This document shows, piece by piece, positions 7,216-15,400 of a DNA stretch of 29,131 bases. The first letter of the stretch is position 1, and each line of letters opens with the position of its first letter. A model generated the notes under the pieces. It was not told the origin of the DNA. It saw nothing but the letters and a program-made list of their open reading frames with translations, and ran no database searches. Origin of the DNA: a virus. Lineage: Duplodnaviria > Caudoviricetes. Made by a program: the position numbers and the translations under genes. The stretch is from positions 1-29,131 of the IMG/VR virus record IMGVR_UViG_3300011339_000662; one strand, given 5' to 3'.

Positions 7216-8054
7216 AACCGCCCCTCATCGTACCGCTTCTGGAATTCCCGCTCAACCGATTCCACAAACCCGACCTTTCCGTTACCGTTCTCGCCAGATC
7301 GTGGCATTGAAATAAACGGCAGCGCCGGTTCATCTTCCCACCTCCGCCCGCTAATCCACGTCGCCGGGTGAGGTCGTTTGTCTGGAGGTCTGCTGGTCAG
7401 GTCCGGAAGCTGCAACGTCAGCGCCCGGAGAGCCGCCGCCCGAAGCTCTGGAGTTTTCAGCACGGTTCGCGCTGCTTTCAGGGCTGCGACCTTCGCCTCT
7501 CGCCGCGGAAAGATTGGCCAGAACTCCTGAGAAAACCAACCTTCCACCGGATCGATCACAGACACGGCGGCGCTTTTTGCCGCTGGTGGTGTGTGTGTTT
7601 TTGCTTTTGTATTTACTGGAAATGGAGACGGAGAAGAAGAGTTGCCATTTGGTTCATGTAAATCGTCAACCAAAAGTGAACCACCCTTCGTTTTTGGTTC
7701 GTGGTTTGCTTCACGTCTGGTTGCACCTGAACGCTTACCACCTGCGCTGCTTTTCTCACGCCAAACCTCTTGTTTGCTACGTTCTGCGAGAAGTCTGTCG
7801 TTGTATATGCGCCCGTCTTTTTGTCGAAACTTCGCCCTGATGGTGGCTTCGCTTTTTGACCATGCTGAGCCAAGTCTAGACAAAGTCTGAAGCGCTCTGG
7901 AGTCGGCTGGAAGGCCGCAATCTGGAGAAAGCCAAGCATGGCACAAGAGGCGAATATATGCACCCTCTTCGGCTGATGTCATAAGGGTAATGTCCATCGA
8001 AGAGAGCCAAGAATCCGGGTAGAATTGAAACGCTGGAGACTTGTACGCCTTCAT
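7212..8054 (-). CDS. DUF1376/YdaU-family phage replication initiator (280 aa)
   Basis: PAFQFYPDSWL...EEGAYIRLLCHAW N-terminal winged helix; C-terminal FWPIFPRREAK...PHPATWISGRRWEDE motif of phage replisome organisers. Confidence 0.88.
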   Translation of the reverse strand: MKAYKSPAFQFYPDSWLSSMDITLMTSAEEGAYIRLLCHAWLSPDCGLPADSRALQTLSRLGSAWSKSEATIRAKFRQKDGRIYNDRLLAERSKQEVWREKSSAGGKRSGATRREANHEPKTKGGSLLVDDLHEPNGNSSSPSPFPVNTKAKTHTPPAAKSAAVSVIDPVEGWFSQEFWPIFPRREAKVAALKAARTVLKTPELRAAALRALTLQLPDLTSRPPDKRPHPATWISGRRWEDEPALPFISMPRSGENGNGKVGFVESVEREFQKRYDEGRL

Positions 8055-8257
8055 CGCCGCAGACCTTGCAGCATGTAGCTGGTGACTTCATGCGCCGCCT
8101 CACGGATCACGACGCGCAGCAGCCGCATCAGGTCGTTGATGAATAATTCCACATCTTCCGGGCTCTGTTGTGGCGCGTGCTTCTCCACGAACGCCCGCAC
8201 AGCGCGTATAGATGCGTGTTCTGTTTTTGGCGCAGGTTGCGCCGTCTCGTTTGTCAT
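8051..8257 (-). CDS. Hypothetical protein (68 aa) coupled to the initiator
   Basis: ATG at 8257 after AGAAGGG; TGA overlaps the initiator ATG. Confidence 0.65.
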   Translation of the reverse strand: MTNETAQPAPKTEHASIRAVRAFVEKHAPQQSPEDVELFINDLMRLLRVVIREAAHEVTSYMLQGLRR

Positions 8258-8361
8258 TGTTCTGCCCTTCTGCCCAAGTTTTAGAAGGATGGCAGGGAGC
8301 CTTCCGGGCAGATGGAAGACTCCCTTGTGTGCCAAAATCCGTGTCGGGGATCAATCCGACA
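8258..8361 (-). ncRNA. Candidate structured 5' leader (hairpins plus possible pseudoknot) of the replication operon
   Basis: Hairpin 8342-8361; 12-bp stem 8294-8325 with loop AUCUGCCC complementary to two GGGCAGA copies (8269-8275, 8261-8267) next to the start codon. Confidence 0.6.
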
Positions 8362-8366
8362 AACCC

Positions 8367-8396
8367 ATTATACTCCGTTTTGCTTCAGCGTAGTAA
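8367..8396 (-). promoter_or_regulatory. Internal promoter for the replication genes
   Basis: TTACTA (8396-8391), 18-nt spacer, perfect TATAAT (8372-8367); predicted start coincides with the first leader hairpin. Confidence 0.55.
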
Positions 8397-8802
8397 CGTC
8401 CCACTCTTCGAACACCAGATAAGGGTACCGCTGCCGAAATAGCTTCGCCTTGAGCTTGTACGCTTCCGTCCGCATTCCTTTGAAATCCACCACAACGATT
8501 CGGTTATCGCGGATGAACCGGAAGTCGGGCACGTACTCCATAGCGCGTACCTTGCGCCCCGTGGCGTCAACGTAGCCGTCCATGAGGGTGTAGCGTGGTT
8601 GCCGCTCCAGGCTCTGGATTGCCCCGACCTTATGCCACAGATTCAGCAGCGCGAACGCCCTCGCCTCACCGGCAGAGTCAAACGTTACGCCGTCGACCGT
8701 CTTCTTCACCGCGTTGTACTTGTGCGCCTTCCTTTGCCCCGAGCCGGCCAGCGGTGATATACCGGCCCGGGTGCAAAGTTCTTCGTATTGCTTCTCAGTC
8801 AT
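8368..8802 (-). CDS. DUF1064-family PD-(D/E)xK endonuclease (144 aa)
   Basis: KYNAVKKTVDGVTFDSAGEA...LERQPRY...YVPDF...VVDFKGMRTEAYKLKAKLF is the typical DUF1064 signature. Confidence 0.9.
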   Translation of the reverse strand: MTEKQYEELCTRAGISPLAGSGQRKAHKYNAVKKTVDGVTFDSAGEARAFALLNLWHKVGAIQSLERQPRYTLMDGYVDATGRKVRAMEYVPDFRFIRDNRIVVVDFKGMRTEAYKLKAKLFRQRYPYLVFEEWDVTTLKQNGV

Positions 8803-9349
8803 CCTGCGCGATTTCTTCAGCGTCCACGCCGTCCGTCTGGTCAACATCGGCACCCGGCAACGGAGGCTGCTCTTCGTCTGTTGATGTTGCCGGCAACTCT
8901 TCCTGTATCGGCGTTGGGTCGTAGCTAACCACCACGTTCGAGCTTGGCACAGCCCTCATGTAGTTCGTGAGCAGCCCGGCGCCGTTTTCGTCCATAAACG
9001 CCACTGTGCAGGTAATATCCGTGCGTTTGATTCCGGCCTTCTTTGAGTCTTTGCCCGTGGCCGCCTTTCGCACGACGGTGAAGTTTTCCATGTAGCCGTG
9101 GCATTCGAGCTGAAAGCCGCGCCCCGTCTGCGTCTCGTCGGTTGGTTTAAACTCAATCGTCCGAACCTCCACGCGGTTGTGCGGAACATCTGGTGACCAT
9201 GTGCCGGTCATTTCCGGGAGTTCCTGAGCCCAGCCAAGCGCTTCCGCAATTCGATGGGAAAACGGGAATTTCAGCTTGAGCATCTGATCTCCCGGCGTGA
9301 TGGTGACGCTTTTTAGTGTTACCTGTTTTATCTTCAGTTTCTTAGGCAC
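8795..9349 (-). CDS. Hypothetical protein with acidic C-terminus (184 aa)
   Basis: GTG start with AAGGAG; beta-rich body and acidic tail; overlaps the next gene start. Confidence 0.75.
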   Translation of the reverse strand: MPKKLKIKQVTLKSVTITPGDQMLKLKFPFSHRIAEALGWAQELPEMTGTWSPDVPHNRVEVRTIEFKPTDETQTGRGFQLECHGYMENFTVVRKAATGKDSKKAGIKRTDITCTVAFMDENGAGLLTNYMRAVPSSNVVVSYDPTPIQEELPATSTDEEQPPLPGADVDQTDGVDAEEIAQDD

Positions 9350-9385
9350 TTCGTCTCCTTTGTCGTTTCCGCACCCGGGCGGGGA

Positions 9386-10030
9386 TTACTTGACCCTTAC
9401 ATGAGATCCCAAAGGCGCAAGAACGGCCCCAGGGACGCCATCCATCCCAGACTCTAGCGCGTTGTAAATCAGCGTCAGGTTGGGGTCTTTTTTGCACTCC
9501 TGCATCCCTGCGAGATCCGGCAACGCTGCGCAGACTTTCCGCCAAAGTTCGGCGTTCATCTTCACGGTGACCGTTCGGTACTCATCCGGTATCAAAGACT
9601 CGTCGGTGATAACGACAGGTCGCCGGCCGCCATTCCCTACCAAAGAGATACTTCCCGTTTTGCCCTCCAGCTTGCGAGGCTTCCCGGCCCGCCACGCCAT
9701 CTCTTCCAGCGTCACCAGAAGAGCGGATTTAAGGACAGTCAGTTTCCGGTCAAAGGCCTGAGCCCGGTCCTGCATCATGCGAGCCTCATTTTTCGCCGCG
9801 TCCCGCATCATTTCCAAGTACTTCCACCAGCCGCGAACGCCGTCAACCTTTGCCGTTTCGGCCTTGATGTACTCCGCTATCGCAAGATTAATGTACTCTG
9901 CTATCGCAAGGTCTACCTGCTGCAGTTCAACGAATGATTCGATACCGGACGCTTCCGGCACCGTCAGTTCTTCGCGCCGCTCAAACAGGTCTGCAAGTCC
10001 CTGTTCTAAATTCCATAGAGTCATGCTCAT
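9386..10030 (-). CDS. Siphovirus Gp157-like protein (214 aa)
   Basis: Coiled-coil N-terminus, KVDG, VVITDESLIPDEY, VPGAVL...HVRVK C-terminus; GGAGG upstream. Confidence 0.82.
   Translation of the reverse strand: MSMTLWNLEQGLADLFERREELTVPEASGIESFVELQQVDLAIAEYINLAIAEYIKAETAKVDGVRGWWKYLEMMRDAAKNEARMMQDRAQAFDRKLTVLKSALLVTLEEMAWRAGKPRKLEGKTGSISLVGNGGRRPVVITDESLIPDEYRTVTVKMNAELWRKVCAALPDLAGMQECKKDPNLTLIYNALESGMDGVPGAVLAPLGSHVRVK
9867..9910. repeat. 24-bp-period in-frame tandem duplication (LAIAEYI twice)
   Basis: atgtactcCgctatcgcaag (9867-9886) and atgtactcTgctatcgcaag (9891-9910), 19/20 identical. Confidence 0.9.
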
Positions 10031-10218
10031 GCTGCTAATTCCTCCGTAGTCAGCGGAAGTTGTGCAGGCTCCGCACCCGCACCCTTCCGCCCTTCCCTGC
10101 GCTTCGCTTGCCGATGCAGGAGTTCACATGTATCAATCAGGGTCTCTTGTGTTTCGGTGTCCCAGTCCGCGAACTGGTCAAGCCATTCGTCTTTAGTTGA
10201 TTTCCGAGGTCTAGCCAT
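10027..10218 (-). CDS. Hypothetical protein (63 aa, MARPRK start)
   Basis: AGGAG upstream of ATG 10218; ATGA overlap downstream. Confidence 0.7.
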   Translation of the reverse strand: MARPRKSTKDEWLDQFADWDTETQETLIDTCELLHRQAKRREGRKGAGAEPAQLPLTTEELAA

Positions 10219-10228
10219 CGTTATTCTC

Positions 10229-10870
10229 CTACTTCTCAAACCGCTTCAGTGCCGCGTGCAGATCGCAAACGCACGCCTTATAATCTTCCAGTTCCACGCG
10301 CTTCTTTTGGCCAAACGCTTCTGCAATTCGGTCATACTCACGTACTGCCGTAGATCCGCATTCAGTCAGGCGTTCGAGCAGAATCTCGCAAATGGCGGGG
10401 AACTTGTTGGTGTCGCGGTCGAGCCGATCCAGCCACCCGGCAAGCTCGTTACCTCCAGCCTGTGGCATCGTGGCCGCCGGTTGCGCCCTCTGGGGTTCGT
10501 CTGCGTATTCTTGGCCCGCTGCTGAGTTTGAGTCGTACTTCGACCAACCGCCGTTCGGCAGGTTCTTGCCGTCTTCCCGCCGCTTCGGAAACAGGTTTTT
10601 GAGGTCCATGCTTTGCCCAAACGAAAACCGAGCATTGCACGCCATGCAGACCAGTTCGTAATAGTCGTAGCTCTTGCCAGCATTTTTCCCGGCCTTCGCT
10701 ACCGACGTTCGAACCCGATAATGCAGGTCGTCGGCCTGACAGCAGCCGCATCGATTTTCCGCGTCAAACACCTCCTGAATCCCGGCCAGTTCGCTAAAAA
10801 GATCCTTCGGTGTCGCGCCCTCGACGGCAAATTTAAGCCGCCCGTTACTGCTTGTATACTCCGCTTTCAT
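10229..10870 (-). CDS. Zn-binding hypothetical protein (213 aa)
   Basis: CGCC...YYELVCMAC, FSFGQ, LFPKR, GGWSKY; GAGGGAG upstream; ATGA overlap. Confidence 0.8.
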   Translation of the reverse strand: MKAEYTSSNGRLKFAVEGATPKDLFSELAGIQEVFDAENRCGCCQADDLHYRVRTSVAKAGKNAGKSYDYYELVCMACNARFSFGQSMDLKNLFPKRREDGKNLPNGGWSKYDSNSAAGQEYADEPQRAQPAATMPQAGGNELAGWLDRLDRDTNKFPAICEILLERLTECGSTAVREYDRIAEAFGQKKRVELEDYKACVCDLHAALKRFEK

Positions 10871-11133
10871 CGCTGCTCCCTCGCGGCCTTTGCCGCCTGT
10901 TTCCGTTGAACGTCTTTTACTGCATCCATTACCTGGTCGTAGCACCAATCGTAAAGATCGGCGCTAACTTGGTCCACCTCATCCGCCGGACACTGAGCCT
11001 TCTGAGAGCAAAAGAAATCCATGCTCTGATAGTTTCCGAGGTTCAGCTTGAACGCTACCGACCGGACAACCTCCACCAGCCGCGTGTCCGGTACCGCGCC
11101 AGTTATTGTGCGCCCGTCTGGGCTTAAAATCAT
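10867..11133 (-). CDS. Hypothetical phage protein with KLNLGNYQS motif (88 aa)
   Basis: Coupled at both ends; NLGNY(E/Q)S is a recurrent small phage protein motif. Confidence 0.75.
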   Translation of the reverse strand: MILSPDGRTITGAVPDTRLVEVVRSVAFKLNLGNYQSMDFFCSQKAQCPADEVDQVSADLYDWCYDQVMDAVKDVQRKQAAKAAREQR

Positions 11134-11342
11134 TTAGACAACCTGCTGGCCAACGCGACCTTGATCAACAGCCAGTCCTCCGCACAATCCAGCATCTGCG
11201 CGATATCGCACATAGCGTCGTAGGCCTCGTCCAGTTCTTTCGCGTTGGCCTTGCTGCGTTCCATCCAAATGGTTCGGGATGCCTGCGCGTCCAGCAGCCT
11301 GGATTGCAATTGTTCCATCAATGCTGCCATCAATGCTTCCAT
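11130..11342 (-). CDS. Hypothetical coiled-coil protein (70 aa)
   Basis: TAATG overlap; purine-rich GAAGGGGG upstream; 12-bp tandem repeat encodes MEAL-MAAL-MEQL. Confidence 0.65.
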   Translation of the reverse strand: MEALMAALMEQLQSRLLDAQASRTIWMERSKANAKELDEAYDAMCDIAQMLDCAEDWLLIKVALASRLSK

Positions 11343-11596
11343 TACCGGCCCCCTTCTTCGTAGTCCAGGATGCACTTAAAGCAAAGTTTCCCGGCTGTGG
11401 TCGCTACCAACCGGTCGGTGTAGCACTCCCGCACGCAGTGAGCGCAGCGTTCTTCCGTGTGATCGGTGCGTTCGGTGTGCCATTCTTCCGGCCCAAACTC
11501 GTTGGCGTCAACGTCTTTAGATACTGGCGCAACCGGCGTTACTGCCGCGATCCAGCCCGCGACGATTGGTGCAAAAACAGGGTGAAGGTTATTCAT
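11342..11596 (-). CDS. Small CxxC...CxxC protein (84 aa), first gene of the leftward early operon
   Basis: AGGAGG upstream; CAHC...CFKC. Confidence 0.75.
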   Translation of the reverse strand: MNNLHPVFAPIVAGWIAAVTPVAPVSKDVDANEFGPEEWHTERTDHTEERCAHCVRECYTDRLVATTAGKLCFKCILDYEEGGR

Positions 11597-11622
11597 TTGG
11601 TAGCCCTCCTACAAGCTACAAA

Positions 11623-11650
11623 TCTAGTATAGCATAACTAATGTTTTACT
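11623..11650 (-). promoter_or_regulatory. Leftward early promoter with operator-like box
   Basis: CATTAGTTATG overlapping extended -10 TGcTATACT; 24/28 identical to 112-139. Confidence 0.75.
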
Positions 11651-11654
11651 GCGG

Positions 11655-12020
11655 TTAGCGAAATCGCTGAACCAGTAGCCATGCAACCGCAGGCGCAATG
11701 CCAAGCGGTTTCCGCGTGCCGTTTTTGTCGAGCTCTCGCCGCTTTACCTCTGCCAAGCCCCTGTCCCGCGTCACGGTTGAACAGTAGACCGGTAGGCGTA
11801 CCCAGCTATTGTCGCCGCGTGGTGGTGTCAGCGTGTCGAGTAGCGCCGGTGCCGATTTCCCGACGCCAAACGCATCCTCCATGACGTCGCGGATAATACT
11901 GCTGATGCTCGTAGACGCTGTCCCGGTTGCCCGCAGCGCTGCCGCCGTCGCCGGCGGAATCTTCACGATCAGTGAGCAGGTGCCGTCCGGTAAACCAGAT
12001 GCCTTACTTTTTTTTGCCAT
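11655..12020 (-). CDS. Putative tandem ribbon-helix-helix transcriptional regulator (121 aa)
   Basis: Two strand-helix-helix-like units (SLIVKIPPATAAAL...SISSIIRDVM; VRLPVYCSTVTRDR...IAPAVAWLL); flanked by two copies of the promoter/operator box. Confidence 0.6.
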   Translation of the reverse strand: MAKKSKASGLPDGTCSLIVKIPPATAAALRATGTASTSISSIIRDVMEDAFGVGKSAPALLDTLTPPRGDNSWVRLPVYCSTVTRDRGLAEVKRRELDKNGTRKPLGIAPAVAWLLVQRFR

Positions 12021-12062
12021 ACTCCAACTATAGCATTACTAATGTAAACCTTACTGGAGTAT
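12019..12062 (-). promoter_or_regulatory. Promoter for a probably leaderless regulator mRNA, with perfect operator palindrome and flanking 8-bp inverted repeat
   Basis: CATTA-G-TAATG (12044-12034) overlapping TGcTATAGT; -10 ends 6 nt before the ATG; atactcca (12019-12026) and tggagtat (12055-12062). Confidence 0.7.
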
Positions 12063-12079
12063 CAACGCCGCCGTCTAGA

Positions 12080-12439
12080 CTAGGTCAGCAATGCTGAAAC
12101 CAGTTCCATATCGGACGCCGAGATCGTCGCCCCGGCCAGCAGATCCACCGGCAACGGTTCGCAGTCCAACGTGACAATCTGAGCAAATACCGGATCAGCC
12201 TCAAACGCTGCCGCAAACTCCGGTCGCACCATCCGCGCTGCGCCGTCGTTGACCGGAATGCTGTTCGCGTCTGTCATCAGCGCCACACGTGCCGCCGCTG
12301 CCGCCCCGTATTCGGCCTCTAGCAGCCGCAGGATGCGTCGCAGCTTCCACGCTCCCATCGCTGGTATAGGCTGTCCCGCCAGACGCTTCAGCGCCCCGGA
12401 ATCGACTGCTAACAGAATTTCTTTGACTGTGATTGTCAT
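12080..12439 (-). CDS. Hypothetical tail-associated protein (119 aa)
   Basis: ATGA-coupled to the tail-tip gene; LKRLAGQPIP...AWKLRR pattern resembles DUF1617-like proteins that follow tail fibres. Confidence 0.7.
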   Translation of the reverse strand: MTITVKEILLAVDSGALKRLAGQPIPAMGAWKLRRILRLLEAEYGAAAAARVALMTDANSIPVNDGAARMVRPEFAAAFEADPVFAQIVTLDCEPLPVDLLAGATISASDMELVSALLT

Positions 12440-15400
12440 GATGCGTATTGAAACACTCCATTCGTAAATACCAGTAATGTTTTGGTTGCCGGGTCAAAAC
12501 TGTCACTGCCGCCAACCGCTTGCTGTGCCATTGAGTCCAATCCCAGATTAGCGCGGGCCGCTCCCGCATTCGGAACGTCGCTCAGATTGTTTGCAACCGT
12601 CAGATACGTTGCGCTGATATTCGGGATATCGGCTGCTACCAAAGCTCGAAAAGTTGCGCCAGAAGATGCGCCTGACGCAGGGCCAGCATAGATCGTGTTG
12701 GCAAAGCTGCTTGCTTGTGAGAGCGTGATACTGCCGGCTGATGTGACCGGAGAGCCGGAAACCGTAAACAACGCGGACAGGCCGCTGAGCGTAATTCCCA
12801 CGCTGGTAACAAACGAAAAACCAATATCTGCCGCAACTAACGAGCGAAAGGTCGGAACTGCCGCCACGCCTGCTGCTGGACCCGCCAGCACGGTGTTTGC
12901 CGTTTGCGTGTTCCAGGCAATAGCAAGCGTTCCTGCGGTAGTCACGGGAGAACCTGTCACCGCAAACTGAGTCGGAGCCGTAAGAGCCACGCTGGTCACT
13001 GTAGCCGTTGCCACACCTGCTGGTGACGCGCCCGCTACCACGGCCCCCGACGAACTGCCGCCAGATCCTCCGCCCATGCCTGCCCAAAAGTCCAGATACG
13101 ACCCGATGACGCCAACGTTTATCACGGTCACCGTGTAGAGGTAGTGGCCGGCGTTTGCCCCTGTTGGCATTCCTGCTTGGTCCAGATAAATGTCAACTTC
13201 GATCAGCTTGCCCTGGACTTCCTGAATAACGTAATCGCCATTGACCAGCGCCGCAATTCCAACTGGCTTGTCGCTCATGTTGATCGTGAGGTATTGCCCA
13301 GGTGTCAGGCCCGGAAAGTAGGTATCGAAGCTGAACGATACCGGAAGTGTGGAATAGGCTTCCAAGGCCTGTTGCGCCGCCAGCAGCCCGGTCGGTGCGC
13401 TTGTGTTGTTTGTGTCGCTGATCTTCTGCTGGTACTTGCCGGTGCCGTCCTCAATTGCCGCCCGAGCCTGCACCAGCGCGGTATCTTCTACCACGATGCA
13501 GTCGCCGCCCAGCCGGTTGTATTCGACCTGAAGGGACCACGGAGCCGTGATCGGCAGTGATGGCCCTCCGGGCACGCTGGCAAGTTCCACAGATGCGCTA
13601 CCCGGCGTGTAATACAGGTTTGCCGTGTTACTGGTGCCTTCGACGGCAACCTGAAGCGTCTCGGTGCCGATGACGGTTGAGCCGCCCGACGTCAGCGCTG
13701 CGGACCATACGAAGTTGGTAGCCGCTTCCGCCAAAGCCGCAATGTAACCGGCCCCGGCACTTTTGTTCCGCACGGTAAACACACCAGCCGCTGGAGTATC
13801 CGCATTTAACAGCGGATTTTCCCACGTTGGCATCGAATACGTCAGCCCGCGCTGTGCCTCGGTCGCATTCAGTGCGTAAACGAGATTCGTCGCACACGCC
13901 GCCGCCGTCGCTCCGATAAGCACTTCGCCCCACTCCCGATTATCCAGATCCGTCACAAACGTGTAAACCGTATCTGCAAAGTCGCCGCCGCCGCTGATAC
14001 CTTGATCGGTCCAGATGACCGTTCCGTCTACGGTGGTGCTGCCGGTTGCGTTCCACGTCGGCTGAGCGCCGCCCGAGGTTCCCGCTGTGGTGACCCTTTG
14101 CACGTGCCCCGCGGGGTCAATGATGATCTGGCCCACCGTGTACGGTGCCAGCGCCGCCCAGTTGTACGTTGAGCCGCCCGCAGGGTAGGAAATCGTCACT
14201 GTGTCGCCGGCAGCCGGAAGTCCAGAGAACGTGCCTACCGCCGTGTTTTGCGTGTTCTTCGTGACCCACGCCGCGACGATCTGATTCGGCAGCTCTCGCA
14301 GGGTAAACGTGTCGGTAGTGTTCGGTGCAAACAGTTCGGAGGAGTTGGCAAACGCATTTGCCGATAACTGGATAATCTGCCGATTGCGGAAGTCTTGCCT
14401 ATTCTGCTCCCACTTCATGGAGTCCCAGTTGATATCCTCCGTGACCAGCGAGAACGGCGAACTGGTCAGACTTGGAACGTGGAACTCAAGCTGCTGTGTA
14501 GCTGGGTCAACGTACCAGACGAACTGCGACGACGTGGCCAAATTGCTGATGATTTCGGAGAGCGGAGTGTAATCCGAAATCACCAGCGACGGGATAGTGG
14601 ATCCTCCCGAGATCGTGCCAAGCGTGATCGGTGAGCCCGTCATCAGCGCGTTGAACAGGCTCGTCACAATGGATCCCGCCGTCACGTTGATGAAGGCCTG
14701 AGGCGGTACCAGGATTGCATCCAGGCATTGCTCCAAGCTGACCACCGAGCAGACATACTTGCGGTACCCCGCAACGCCGTCCCATGATTCTTCAATCCGG
14801 TCAATCGTGCCGACGAATACCAGCGTGGTTGCCGTCGGCCCCACGTCGTAGATGAACAACTGAGAACCCATCGTCGGTGAGTAAGGATCGCCGGCCGCCA
14901 CGCGCATCGGAACCGTTGCTGTGCCCCTTTGGCGCATCATGAGCTGAAAGTCTGAGCCAGTTCCGCTAAAGTCAAGTCGTGTCGTCTGGTCGGTCAGGCC
15001 GCCAATAGGCTCATTGATGACCAGCCATGCCGTACCCGGAACCGGAGGAACCGAAACAGACGCCAGCGTGACGAACCCGATGACGGTGCCGTTCGCGTCG
15101 TTCGTGGTCCAGTTGACCGAGAGTGCCCCAGAGCCCGGGAACGATGGCACGCCGACCGCCGTAATCGTCTGCGTGTCGTTGTTCGCAATCTGAAGGTAGT
15201 CTGAACTGTACGAATGCGCGTTTGAAGTTCCGGCGCCGTTCTCGTCCTGCACCGCCGTTGATACTGAGGACGTCGCCGTATCACGTGCTGCAATCGACGC
15301 CCTGAGACCGCCAGTGCCGCCGCCGCTGGTCTTTGAGGTGGTTGCATACAAAGCAAGCCCAGGATTGAATGCCAGCCCGCTTTTTACCGTCTGCGTAACC

